Part shown: positions 36,584 to 51,500 of the stretch, in pieces
Layout of the letters: every line of letters begins with the position of its first letter
Numbering within the stretch: position 1 is the first letter of the stretch
Assembly: GCF_964355755.1 (NCBI RefSeq)
Contig: NC_092670.1
Location: 31,794,388 to 31,858,387 of the forward strand
Direction of reading: 5' to 3'
Source: Antedon mediterranea
Lineage: Eukaryota > Animalia > Echinodermata
Length of the DNA: 64,000 bases
Notes under the pieces: model-generated
Databases searched by the model: none
The model's input: the letters and a program-made list of their open reading frames with translations, nothing else
Told to the model about the DNA's origin: nothing
Program-made: the position numbers and the translations under genes

Positions 36584-39500
36584 ATGTCAGCCACATCTCC
36601 GACCACGACAGCGCCTCCACCAGGTCAGCCGGGGTCAGGAGGTCGGAGACGGGAACGTGGAACATCTAGAGCTTATACAGCAGAAGATCAAGCATTAGAT
36701 TCTATAGCAAAAGAGGTTTGTTTTTTCTTTTTGATTTTAAAAAGTTTTACTTAAAGATGTAAACATTCTATCTTGAAACCAGAGTTTTAAATGAATAAAA
36801 AACCGAAGGCCAACTGGCCTTGCTCCTAAAATCCCCAAATTCGAGGCCTGATCCTGTCAAATTGTTGTTGTTGGCTGTCCCTCAAATGAATGAAAAGCAG
36901 AGGCCAACTGGCCTTGCCCCTAAAATCCCCAAATTCGAGGCCTTATCCTGTAAAATAGTTTTTGTTGGCTGTTATTAAGTGTTACTTAAAAAATACATAC
37001 AATTATACAATCATTCATCAAATCAACTGTCAGAGTTAACTATAATCTGTTAGATGTACCATTTTGTTTGGATTTTTACAATAAAAATAACCACATCACT
37101 TTCATCACTATTATTAAAAAATACAGTACAGTACAAAATGAGTATTAGGGACAAATGTATGTGTATGCTCTCTCGTAGTTATTAGTATTTAAAAAAACAA
37201 GTTCAAAGAAAGATAAAATATCAATTGAAATATTTTTACCATAGATTTTTATAGAACTGCCTAGAAATAAATATCAAAGGATTTGTGTGGAAGATAAGTG
37301 GCCGCTGATGCGGAACAGATAATTCTACGACAGATGGTATAGATAGCTTGTATACTACTGTATACCATTACATTCTCAACACCATGCACATTTCGAAATC
37401 AATTATTAAGAATGTAAGCTTTTGCACATGTCGTCATTAATGTTCATCTAGAGAAGACATTAAATAAAGACGTCTGGGGACACATTATGTTAAACATTAT
37501 CTAGTTAATGTTAGAAACTGCTCATTGAATGTGAAAGACACTGCCAAATTACATTTTTAAGTTTTTGGTCTGTACAATTACTGTAATTCTGATATTAATT
37601 TTACTGCTTAGCAATAGTGCTTCCCATAATTTTCTTCAGGATTTTGGTAATTTTAATTTTTTCTATAAGTATCACTTTAGTGGCATGAGTTGTAATTGCA
37701 TCCTTCAAAAGAGAAAACAAAATTTCCCCAGACTTTCTTTTTTTCCTGAAGTGTAAAGTATTTATTTCTTTAAAAAAACACAAAGGAAGGTGAGTGGGAA
37801 TTTCTTTGAGTTACACAGTCACTATTGCTAGAAAAACACATGTGTTTAAAAATTACAGAGCTACTGTAAATGAGTCTCCAAGGTTCGAGTTTTTATTTTA
37901 TATAATTTAAAGTAATGCAATTTTTAAAGAAAAAGAATATACATTAAATTTGTTTTAAAAAAGATAAATCTTGTAATCTTGTAATCGGTTGTATAGTAGC
38001 AGGCCTTGTCTTTTGAAAATTATAAGGTGCTACAAATTGCACTCCTCAATACATTCAGGGATGCTGTAGGTGTGCTGTTTGTATTTTGGTGTGAAGAAGT
38101 TTACCAAATTTAAATGTGTTGTAAATCGCACTCCTCAAGGGCAATTTTCTTCAGGATTTTGTTAATTTTAATTTTTTCTATAAGTATCACTTTAGTGGCA
38201 TGAGTTGTAATTGCATCCTTCAAAAGAGAAAACAAAATTTCCTCAGACTTTCTTTTTTTCCTGAAGTGTAAAGTATTTATTTCTTTAAAAAAACACAAAG
38301 GAAGGTGAGTGGGAATTTCTTTGAGTTACACAGTCACTATTGCTAGAAAAACACATGTGTTTAAAAATTACAGAGCTAAATGAGTCTCCAAGGTTCGAGT
38401 TTTTATTTTATATAATTTAAAGTAATGCAATTTTTAAAGAAAAAGAATATACATTAAATTTGTTTTAAAAAAGATAAATCTTGTAATCTTGTAATCGGTT
38501 GTATAGTAGCAGGCCTTGTCTTTTGAAAATGATAAGGTGCTACAAATTGCACTCCTCAATACATTCAGGGATGCTGTAGGTGTGCTGTTTGTATTTTGGT
38601 GTGAAGAAGTTTACCAAATTTAAACGTGTTGTAAATCGCACTCCTCAAGGGCAGTTTAGCAGTTGTGTTAGGTGAGTGATCGCACTCACTCACCTTAAAA
38701 GACAAGGCCTGCAGTAGTTAAAAATGCATTAATTAAAATATTAACTTTAAACAGTGTACAGTGTAATAGTAATACTGTATGTAGGTTTTCAATAAATCTA
38801 TAAAACATCAGTTTATTTTGAGTGGAAAATGTGCTAAGTTCAAAGCAATGTTCAAACTTTTCATGCACAGGTGAGGGCACAGCTTGTGAGTTTGATATTT
38901 GAGATAGGACACTTTGGTATGTTTAAAAAGTAAAATAGAAAATGTGAAATTGAAGTCACTGTGGACTGTGCTTCATTGTACCATTTTTCAAACAAAAAAT
39001 GTTATTGTGAGGCTACACAAAATCTGTAATACTATACTCCACATTTTAAACCTTATAAAAAAAATTTTTCTCTTGAAAATACATATTTGTTTTAAACAAA
39101 ATTAGGGGCTTAGATTATGAAGCATTTATAGTGATTTTTGTAAAGATATGAATGCTTGGATTATACTTTAATCTTTGTACAGTATGCTTCTCGTGGTCAT
39201 GTTATCATGGTCTTAGCAGCCAAACAGGTCCTCAACAGAGGTCCTTATACTAGGGAAATGATGATAGTGGATACAATACAAGTGTGCCTATGTTGATACG
39301 GGGATACCAAAACCAAGTTACTTTAGTTTGAAATACAGTCAGTCCCTCTACAGAAGTCCCTCAGAAGAAGTGTTAACGTAAAGTTCGCACATGTAAAAAG
39401 GCATTGATGTACATTGTACCCCAAGTTTTACTTTATTATTCATGTCATTCATTCATACATTTATTCAGTTATTTGACAATAATAACTGGGGCCCGCACTA

Positions 39501-42500
39501 GAAGCAATAGCTTGTCTCATGAGAGGGCCCCTACTATACAAATACCAGAACCATGGAAAGAAAGACATGAGGTCATGCCTACTGTATCACAGAATACTTC
39601 CTCTGCTTTCAGACTGTGCTGACCATTGATTGATACTGTAATGCCTGTACAACTATATCCATGTGTGTGTGTGTAATCAACAAGTAACCAACATCATTAC
39701 CATTCGATATGTCAACACAGGGACATAAACCTGTTTGACCTATGATGCTAATTTGCAGTATACAGTACACATGTAAAAGCCTATTACTTATATGCCCTCT
39801 GCCTTTAAACTGCTCAACCATTGATTGGCTCATTCAATGCCTGTAGTTTAATTCAACAAGTTACCAAATCCTTACCATTTGATACCATGTCAACACCGAG
39901 ACATATCTATGAACCTGTTGACTCATGGTTGTAATTAGCACAACCTCACAAATCCACTACCAGTACAATTAGCAGCGATCAACATGAGAATTTAAAAAAA
40001 AAAACAGCTTCTAAATAAATTAATTTCCTTAAAGAAACATTACCCGATTACACTACACAGTTGTATAGGACTTGATGTATGTTGATTGGCTATCTAAAAA
40101 TGAACGATACTTGCTAGATATAGCTTGGAATCGGTTTCTGTTTTGGATTACATGTTTCCTGTTGGAACCAGGAACTAAAGTATGATTGATATCAGCTTGT
40201 AGTATGATTCTATCATAAAATGATTTTATAAGTTGCTACTACTACTATCTAGTAGTACTGTAGTAGTAGTAGTAGTAGTAAGTACAGTATGTGTTTTCTC
40301 AAAGACTTTTTACTCAGCTACCTATTCGGGTCAAAGGTACGTTGAAAATAAACAGGTTTTTCTTTTTTAATACCTGTCTGTTTTTACATTGTATTGTATT
40401 GTATAGAATTGATTGCCTAGTTTCACTTTATAATGTAAATTCATTGTTTATATTGCCGCCGAGTGATATGTTAATGATGCTACTATTTGAATTTGAAGTC
40501 AATAGGGAATATTTAAGTCAGGATTGTTTTTTTTTAATGTATTATTTCCTGATCTATAAACTTTTGTTTGATTGTTGATTTTTCTTTACTCTAGGCGGAG
40601 GCTCGCTTGGCTGCAAGAAGACAAGCCAGAGCTGAGGCTCGGGATATTAGAATGCGAGAGCTAGAACGGCAACAAAAAGAGGTTGGTATAAGTACGCATA
40701 TTATTATTTTGTGATATCATCACTGATAGCCACACAGCATAACAATAGCAGGTTGGCTGCCGTGTCTCATAGAATTGACTGGTTTGTTCACAATGTTTAA
40801 TTGATTGTTGTAGACATTGTAGATTATTTTAGTATACAAATGTAATTTGTTATACTACTGTAGGCATTAATGTCCAGTTAAAAACAGGGACCAAATAATC
40901 ATCACTGTACTGTAAACTACAGTACATCATCATCAGGCCCACTTTTCACCAGCCCCCTGTAGAAAATATCGGTAATCACACGCTTCTAGACGTGTGGTTG
41001 ACGTTTGTAGACCTATTCATTCATTTCTTTTATTTTGGATAGTAAATCACAAAACACAAAAATAAGAACAAATTTCACCAGGAAATTAACAATTTTTTAA
41101 CATCCTCCTCTAATATGTCTTGTAACACAATAATTTTAACTGTTTACTAAATTTACAAAAGATCGAAATGCATTTACTGTGAAGTCTGAGGTTGGTAGTT
41201 CTCCGTGTCTTCAGTTGAATGCCTGTCTCTCGGCAGGTTTTTGTAAAGTAGAATAGAAGGTACGATCTCTGGCTCATCTCATGATCATGTCCTTTTTTTA
41301 AAATATAGACTAAATACTAGAGAAATGATACTCTATTAATTAACAGTAACACATTTGCACTATAATATTTTCTAATTATTAATTGTCCTTGACCTACAAT
41401 AAACAAATATTATATTACTAATTAGTCATATAAATAAGTAAACATGGTAACTGTTTATGACTTTATTTATTAAAACATAATAATTGATGTCACATTCTCA
41501 ATATTAGTCATTTCTAAAAATCTGATTTCATAGGAATTCGTATGTACTTAATTGGCCTTAAAGGTTCGGTTCATACTGATAGTTGGATCATAATCATATG
41601 TTGCATTTGTATATATTAGAAATATTTAGTTACACAAGAAAGTATAATAAATCATCAGTGTTGACAAAAAATGGTACCAACAAAACAAGGACTACTTTAA
41701 TAATATAATAATTAATACTAATAATATAGTAAGTGAGATAAACATGAGACTGTCTTGATAACATTATGACATGAAGTGAAGCATGTGATTAGCTTTACAT
41801 TAATAGTTGGCATGATGAAATAATACATAGATCAAATTCTACCATTTCATCAACACTGGGTGTTATTGCTAGCTTTCTTGGGTTTTCCCACTTCATTTGC
41901 AAAGAGGATATTGGGTTAATTTATCAATATCATGAGTAATAATGATATATTAACATTAGAGAGTGGAATCCTACAACACTAACATGAAGATTGAGTCTGA
42001 TGATCGCCATTTGATGTTGGTATGTAAAGCTCTGTCTACTAGTTTGACAAAAACAAGTGTTATGTTCCCAAATGGTATTGATATGCTCAAATATAGCAGT
42101 GATATGATATCATCGTTACATTACATGGGCACATCACATTTTTTTTGTAACATAAAGTTTGATAGTGTAGACAGAGCTTCTGTATAAAATAAAACAATGT
42201 AATTGTAACAATATAACAGTGACAATTTAAGTTTTGATGGCAAAGAAAGACATCTTTGTAAAATTCTTAAAATATACAATGATCGTTTTAATTTACTATA
42301 CACCGTAATATTGATGCACAGCTAAGCAGGCATTTTTTAAAGCAGACATACTGTACTGTATCTTCAGAAAAATTGATTGTTGTTCTCAATCTACTGTAGT
42401 TTCACTTTTTATCTTTGTGAAATAAATCACTCCTATTGTTGATCATAAGACTTCTTTATAGTATGGGAATGCCTCATGTTGGTTTTATACTGTACTCTCT

Positions 42501-45500
42501 TTCATCATATCCACAAATATAACTGATCAAATTATTTATTATTATTATTATCTTTATTAACAGGCTGAAGATGCAATGGATAAAGAATTTGAGAAGGCCA
42601 AGGGAGAAAAAAGAATTGTAAGTAAACAGATGATGTAATTAAAAACATAATAATTCCTCATACACATGCATTTGTTTGTTTCATTATATAAACTGTATTG
42701 TCATTATTTTTTGTTTTATACACAATTAGGGATCATGTGAAAATCAGTCTGCTGCAGTTACTGCAGTAAATACATTTTTTTTGGCAGATGATTTTATTTT
42801 TGAGGCAGTTACTGGTAATAAACAGTTAATTAACAAAATATAGCTTCCTGCAGTAACTGCAATAGAATACATTTGACATGAACCCGTACGTAGTTTTATC
42901 ATTATATTTACTTTTTTTTTAATAACTGAAATATTTGATTCATTAACAATTTAATTTAAATTCATTTTACTTTATTTAACATTTTCCAAAGTAGATTATG
43001 TAAGAATTAATTTTCTTTGAAGGCTTTTGATAAAACAGGAGTTGCAGAACCAGATGGTCCCCAAGAAATAGTGAGTTTATCAACTGGTCAAAGTTCATAT
43101 ATTATGCAAATTAAACTCCATCCAAATTCTTTACATGTTTCTTAAATGATTACAGTTTAAGTGACTAACTAATTCACATTCCATGACTGATTATTAGTTC
43201 TAAATCTTTTTTTTTTATTTTTCTATAGCAGTAGCATACTCTTTTATAGCATCTTTTCTAAACTGATATTGGAGACTAATTTTTGCAAAGTCATTATGAT
43301 TTTATATAAAAAAATTTTTTTGTACAATTGCCCAAACCAATTACAGTATAACTTCTATTAAGAGATCTAAAGTGTCCCTTTAATAGGGATGTTACCTGAA
43401 AAGGAGTTGGCTGTAGTATTCATCATTTCTCTTACTTTTCCTTTACATTACATGAACATTTGCATTCATATTTTTTTTTTTGTGGCATGCACCACCTTAA
43501 TCCAATTTCATTCAACATATAATATTGCCTCTTGTTCATTTCATGTGTAAATTCGCCCTTGAATATTTTAACTGCATCTTTTTTTTGGTACTTTAAATAA
43601 CCACTTTTTAAGCAATTATTATCATACTATAGTAAAGTATAATATTATTGCCATCCCACAAATATGGCTTTTCTCATTTGAACTCTCTAAACTCTGTCTA
43701 CACTATCAGACTAGTTTGACAAAAAAAGTAATGTGCCTATATGGTAATTTGGTATGGATGCCTAAATTTGGTAGTGATACAGTATGATAGACACCTTTAC
43801 ATACTGTATCTCTCAATAGTTAAAATCATTCTGAAATGTGTACAATTTAGAAAATTGGATGGAGTTGAATTTTCAATGAACTTGGTATGCTGAACTAACG
43901 GATGTGGATAAACGCCTTATTAACAATATTAAACCACTGTTAAATGCAGATTTTAAAATAAAAGATAAATGCTGCAAAAAGCAGTTAGATATTGTTGGTT
44001 GAACTTGTCGCATGTCAAATGTCTAACTTAACTCAAGCCACCCACCCGATTCTCTGTACTGTATCTAAATTTGCCCAGTATCATACTCCTGAAAACTCAC
44101 CTGTTTCTTTTCATGTTGCGCTGTGAGACTCCGGTAGAGCGCTTTATAAATGTTCAATATTATTGTTATATAGTCACCTCACTCTCATGTGTTTCATGTC
44201 TTTCTCATCGAACCTAACCTTTAACCTAACCTTCCATGATGATGATACAGGCACCACATGTGATACACATGAGATTCTGTTCACAGAATTTTTCTTTGAT
44301 ACTGGACATACTGTATGTATGTCATGCAGAGATACAGAACTTAGAATCGTGTGCTCAAGCAGTAGTAAACAGAAAGTAATTGAGAAAGGTTCTTACTACT
44401 TTAGTTTTGTGAATTGTTATTTTGGGGTGCAAGCCATGATGAATATACTGTATGGAATGAAGTATGGTAGGAGGGAGTGGGATGAAAGGCTGGACTTTAG
44501 AAGTGGGTGGGTTGAGAGATGTTGAGTTGGGAAGCCTTGATAGCTAAAGGATATACAGCACTTACTAAATAGTACTCATGCAATACAGATTGTATTAAAC
44601 TATTATTGTCAAAGGTACAGAATAGACAACACTATACTCCGTTTATATTATTCCTGCAGTGTTGCTATGGTAACTGATCAATATAAACTCCTAACAATTA
44701 TGATTGTATTTCTTGTTCATTGCTAGAAGACTACTATGTATTTCAGGAATCTAAAATGAAAATAGATCATTTATATTATAAAACTGTTGCAAGTTTTTAA
44801 ATAATCCTTTTAACTTTCAGCTTTAGTTTTTTAATTGATGCTCACTTACTTATTATAGTCTTATGCATTTTTTACACTTTTCACATTTATTAATACAATA
44901 GCTTTCAATTAAAACAATTACTTGCTTAAACTACCTAGGTTGGCTTGAATACTGACATAATAATGCTATTTACTGTATTTCAACATTTATTTTTTTAATA
45001 TGATATTATTAATATTTATTAATGATGACATTCACTGGTACTGTACCTGTTTCTATAGAATCCCAAAGAAATAAGCTTAGGGTAAAAACAGGCCTCAGAA
45101 GAGCTCCTCAAAAACCATATAAATGACCTTTGACCTTGTCACAAACAGCCACAAACTGGTATCTCATAAAACGTACAATACTACTGTACATTTAAATTAA
45201 CTCTAAATTACAATTTAAATAAGAAGCTCTCAATCAAATTTGCATGACTGATTTAAACATTAAAGTCTGTTTATTCATTTGAATAATTTACATTTAACGT
45301 AAACTTTACACAAAATGCTAAATAATTTATACATTAGAATGGCTTATTAACAATTAATAATTTTAGAATGGGTTAAATTTAAGAATAGATTTGCACTTAA
45401 CTTTTTATTTGATGCATGGTGTTAAGATAATTTTGTTTAAAAAAATGTAAGATTAACACAGTGTATATTTTGAACTGTAAAATAGGGCTTCTGGGGAATG

Positions 45501-48500
45501 GAATATGGTATTGCTTACCACTTTTTTTATGTTATCCTGTTCCTATCAGGGTTAAAATACTTAGAATGTGTTATCTCTGGTATTCCACCCACTCAACTTT
45601 TTATTAATTTTTAACAGAAATTGTCTTGTGAATTTTACCTAGGCCTAGTTTAAAGCTCTGTCTACACTATTAAACTACATTTGACAAAAAAAGTGTGATC
45701 CCAAATATGGTAGTGATATGCCCAAATATGGCAGTGATATGATATCATCATTTCCATATGGGCACATCATATATTTTTTTTTTCTCGTAAAGTTTGATAG
45801 TGTAGACAGAGCTTAACATTAATCAATATTTATCAACATTTATGATCAATTATGCTGATAGTACTGATTTTTCAATAAAGGAATCACAAACATGATTACC
45901 AAGAAAAATTGACCTATGACCCATACAGTTCTCAAACCAGATGGCTTATCATATTTATTATTATTATTATAATGCAAATTATATTCAGTTTTCAATTGTG
46001 ATTTACTGTGTTTATAACCATCTGTTGATTTTGTTTGTTGTTTGCTGTTTACAGCCTGTTGTCAAACATGCAGTTTCTGTGTCGTCGTATGCATCATCAG
46101 CTAGTCCGTCATCGTCAAGACGAGGGAGTATAGACTCCACCGACCAGGATCAGAGTACAATGAAGGTATGTGGTATTGCCAGATTTAGAAGTCATATTCT
46201 AACTAATCTGGCTGTGAAGACTAGGGGTGACTTGTTGTAATAAAGGTCATAAACCTAAGCCTTTAGTCTAACTACACAAAAATCAGGCTTAAAACAAAGC
46301 CTGTTGCCCTAGCCCAGTGTTTTTAATTTGCAGTCTAAAATCCGGTTCTTGGACATAACCACACAGCTGGACCAACATAATGAAGCTAATAAAAGAGTAA
46401 TTTTTTAGGAATATCTACCTCTAGGCCCTGGAAATTTCAATATACTGTAATTGTTTTTGGAAAGTAAAAATAAAAAATGCCCATAGTTGTGCCTATGGAG
46501 TGTTGTCCTAGCCTACTGTAGGTAAACTAGCCTCACATTCTTAGATTCTCTAAGTTGTCTCCAAGCTGGCTTAGTTAGTGCTGATTTTGTTTACTTTCCA
46601 ACATGTAGTTTATTTACAGTATACTGTAGTAGTTTTGATAGATGACATGCTTACCCTATATTAATAGGAAACTTTTGGTGCCAGTATGACTCAATAGCTG
46701 GTTTTCATTTTGGTACATTAGATGACAGAAGACATCCTGTTTCGAACTGTGTTTTGTCAATTTAACCTTCGCCCTTTATCTACCCTCTGAAACGAAAGCT
46801 TGCTATTATTTGTTTAGCCATTCCGTGTCTCTATACGATACACTGACCATGCACCTGAATCATTTATGCAGTAACTGTGCTGCAGCAAACTGCATTACTG
46901 CAGTAATACAAAATTTCTAATTTTACTATACAGATAACAATATCAGAATTAGAGGAAAAGTACAAAAAGGCTATGATGACAAATGCACAAATGGACAATG
47001 AGAAAGCCGCCTTGGTTGCAGAGGTTGATATATTAAAAGATACCCTAGAGGAGCAAGAGGAGATGATGTATGAAATTCAAAGAGAAGCCAGAGATAAACA
47101 TAGGGTTTGTATTAGTTATTATTAGCTGAATGTATTAGTGCCCTGCTGCACCTTTGACAGACTGCTGTTTTTCACTATAACAAAATAGAAACATGTAAAA
47201 CTCACTTTTTCCCCACACCTTTGCTATTTTATTTTATTACACCTTATTTATAAAGGGTGAAACTAAACAGCATATGCTGACAATCACCCTCTTGATGAGT
47301 GACAGTGGCTGTGTGTATACTAGTACACCGGGGTAATTTCCTACTCGTCTCGAAAGATGTACTAGGTTCACATGCACATGAGCCATGTGTACACTGGACC
47401 TACGGATTATAGTCCATATCCGAAAAGACTCGCTCTACCACCACAACCATGGAGCGAGTGAGGCTCGAACCCTTGCCGATGTTAATATGGCAAGGTATAC
47501 AGTTCCACTGTTTTTAACCGCTTGGCCACACACCGCTATAATGTGAATTTACCATGTAGACAACACAGTGAATACAATTTTGAAAAATCTGTATCATCAA
47601 AGGTTACAATTATTAAATACCAATACCAAAAGCTTAATGACTGGAATATTATTTCCACTATAATATTACCATAATTGAAATAGTTAATAGATAGTCAGAG
47701 AGTCAATGTATCTGGTAACCATACTGCATTCCTACAAATTTAAAAATGTTGATATGAATCGAAATTTAACCTTTGTACATTGATATGATATAAACTTTTA
47801 TTTTATTTGGCATTTCCGTAATGATTTTTAATATCACTGTGTTTTGTCATTTTATTCACAGGATTTAGAGTTTAAAAAACGAGAAGCAGCAGGATTACAT
47901 AATGAAGTTTCAATTCTTAGAGAAATGTTAGAACAGAGAGACAAACTAATAGAGGTAATCATTTTCATGTCACAATTTCCATAAATCCTTACCTATAGTA
48001 GCCCTACGCAGACACATGGCAGCCCTACGCAGACACATGGCAGCCCTACGCAGACACATGGCAGCCCTACGCAGACACATGGCAGCCCTACGCAGACACA
48101 TGGCAGCCCTACGCAGACACATGGCAGCTCTACGCAGACACATGGCAGCCCTACGCAGACACATGGCAACACTCGGCAGACACATGGCAACACTCGGCAG
48201 ATGCAAGGTGGCCCTCCTCTGATACATGACAGCACTCATCAGACACATGGCAGCGCACCTCAGACACATTGCAGCCATCCTCTGATACATGGCAGCCCTA
48301 CGCAGACACATGGCAGCCCTCCGCAGACACATGGCAGCCCTCCGCAGACACATGGCAACACTCATCTGACACATGGCAGCGCCACTCAGACACATGGCGG
48401 CACTCGTCAGACACATGGCAGCGCTCCTCTGATACATGGCAGGACTCATCAGACACATGGCAGCCCTCCTCTGATACATTGCATGCCCCCCTCAAACACA

Positions 48501-51500
48501 TGGCGGCACTCGTCAAACACATGGCAGCCCTCCTCTGATATATGGCAGAGCCACTCAGACACATGGCCGCACTCGTCAGACACATGGCAGCCCTCCTCTG
48601 ATACATGGCACGACTCCTCTGATACATGGCAGCCCTTTTCTGATACATGGCAGGACTCGTCAGACACATGACAGCCCTCCTCTAACACATGGCAGCCCTC
48701 ATCTGACACATGGCATCCCCCTCAGAAACATGGTAGCCCTCCTCAGGCCCATAGCAGAACTCTTTGGACACATGTCAGCCCTCCTTCTTATAAATGGCAT
48801 CCCTCAGACACTTTTTTTTCATTTATTAATTTCTTACAGCTCCTAATCATTTATCTGTATATAGTCTTTTACAATTGAAGTATTTTTACATTTTTGTACC
48901 ACCATTTCTGTGCAAAACATAATAACCTATATTTATAATTTATTCAGGAACATGGTCTAATATTGGTTGGAGAGAACGGTGAAGGAAATGAAAAAGAATT
49001 AAAAGACAAAGTAGGAGCAATAGTTGTGGTTTCACCAGAAGCTGCTGAGATGCTGGAAATGGTTGGCGAAGGTCCTCTGGATGTGCGACTTAAAAAGTTT
49101 GTGGAAGAAAAGAAACAACTACTAGAAGAGGTAATTTGAAAATATACTGTGCTTACATGCAGTAAAACATAACAATCACTTAACAACATACATTTGCAAT
49201 CAAGGCATGGGCAGGTTGATTATAGTATGAACTTTGCGTAAAAGAAGAGCTAACAAGAAACAGTACTCTGAGCCCGTTCGGACGGAACAAATTTACACGT
49301 GTGATGGTCGCGTGTGGTGTAAATTTTGAGATAAACTTGCTGTTTAAAAAACCACCTCATGAGGTGGATTTTTCAATTACACCTTAAACCGCAAGCTGAT
49401 TAACCGCAAGATAAGGAGCAATTTGACCTTAATAGTGTTAAGAGATGCATGAAATATGACCTGTTTGTTAGTTTACACGTGTAAATTGTTTATTGTCCGA
49501 ACGATCACTGATTACACATGTAAAGTTACACATGTAACTGATTTTACGTCCGAACACAGCCTTTGTTGTTTATCCCATGTTACCAATTCAATCAACAATT
49601 TAGTGCTGACCTTTGATCATTTGTTTTGATAATTTGTTAAAGATAAAAAATGCTTTTGAAGGTAGATGTTTTATTTTGTTATTGTTATAAAGTTATTTTT
49701 AGCTATATGCAATTTTTTTTTATCTGAGGTTAATGGCACATTGAAAAGGCATTATTTTGAGAGAATGCAGTGTGAATGTGTGTTTACTGACTTCATTATG
49801 AGATTTTGTTTGAAAAGCATGGATATTCCTGGAATTTGTGTAAACAAAATTAAAGAATGTGGCAATATAAAAGACGCATACTGTATCAGATTACAGTAAT
49901 TTTGTACTGTGTATGTTTAGTAGTTTTATGTCGTCATAAAATACCTACTGTATTAACATTCTAAATAGTTTTTGTATTGATTCTTTAAATTTAAATATTC
50001 AAGTTATTTTGTATCATGAACAAAGTTTGTTTGATGTTTGAGATTCATCATTCATTTTAAATTTAACTGCAATATACTTGTTTTTTTTTTTATAAATTTC
50101 ATTTTACTTTTGCAGAATGACACTTTTTACTATATTAAAAAAATGTAATAAATTTTGTTTATTTACCTTAAATTTGTGTATGTTAAATAGTTATGGTCAT
50201 TTAATTTGTGATTGTATATTGTAAAAACTAAATTCAATATAACTGTATAATTAATTTTATTTTTTGCTTTCTTTGATTTCATAGATTAGATTACTTAAAA
50301 TTGATTTAGAAAATGAAAGGGACAAAGTAGCGGTGGCTGAAAGAAGGAGAACCGCACAAGCACCCTTATCAAATGGACCTGATATAAATGCATATGATAT
50401 ACAAAGTAAGTTCAATCAATCAGTCATCAATCCAGTGCCATAACGGCTTATCCTAAGGGCCCCAGCGGTTACTGGGGTCCCTAAGCAGGGCCCAAAGGAA
50501 AAAACATGCATAACCATTTTGGAAAAAGGCTTGTTGTTATCACAGGTCCATTCTATAGTCACTACCAGATACTTTGTTATGGGTACGTCTGAATGTGTAG
50601 TGAATGGAATTAACTGACTATAAAAAAAAGTATAGTGATCCTGTTTTCTCCTGTTTTTTTGACATTTTAGCAATGAAAAAATTTCATATTGTCATTTTAG
50701 AAATGTATCAAATTATTAATTTAGCCAATATGACACCTCGTCATTGCAATGTAGATTTATATGTATATAGTGTTAGGAAATATTAAAAATGTCTGCTGTA
50801 CTGTTTACTGTCTGGAAATGGACATACTATAATACGCAGATGAACTAGAATAATCGGGCAACATGCCCAATGAAAGTCTTAAAATACAAATTATATATGT
50901 ATTGGTCCTTGGTACTACTTCCAACAGGATATACTCTATGTTTAATAGGGCATCATATTCATCATAAACTTTTTTTTTACTTTCTAGGAGAAGCCACAAA
51001 ACAGGTTAATGATATAAAATATAAACTTCAAAAGGCAGAGCAGGAACTCACAAACCTTGAAAGCACTGTAAGTACACATATTACCCTGTAGTTTGTACTC
51101 CATGGTTTTTCATGTATGACACTTGGTTTAGAAAGCATGTGTTTTCCATCCTGTAATTGAAGAATAATTTATGGTGGTTTATTTTTCATCAACTTTTGTT
51201 TGCTTTTTATTATTGTTTCAGAATTCACGGTTAGAAGGTCAGGTGAAACGATATAAACAATCCCAAGAATTGGCAGAACAAACAGAAGAAGAATTAAAAT
51301 CAGACAAAAGGAAACTGAACAGAGAGGTAAGTAGTAATAAAAAAAAACTACACAACCGATTAACCTTTATACCCTCCCCCATCCACCCACTTCTGGGAGT
51401 AACATGCATTTTTCTTTGCTTCTATTCTAAATGAAAAATATATCATTTATACATATACATACATGGTTAGCATAATTGGACATTAGAATATGGTACGCAA

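Noticed and set aside
44163-44525. 120-aa ORF in an LRRFIP intron
   Set aside because: No recognisable domain or convincing phase-compatible splice sites.
45059-45081. LRRFIP micro-exon
   Set aside because: 23 nt is not frame-preserving, and read-through hits TAA immediately.
47450-47538. tRNA gene on the minus strand
   Set aside because: A and B boxes are present, but no clean cloverleaf, and it continues into a SINE-like body and tail.
47970-48709. Repetitive Cys/Arg-rich and SSDTWQP ORFs
   Set aside because: They are translations of an intronic 21-bp minisatellite, open in many frames and without splice signals.
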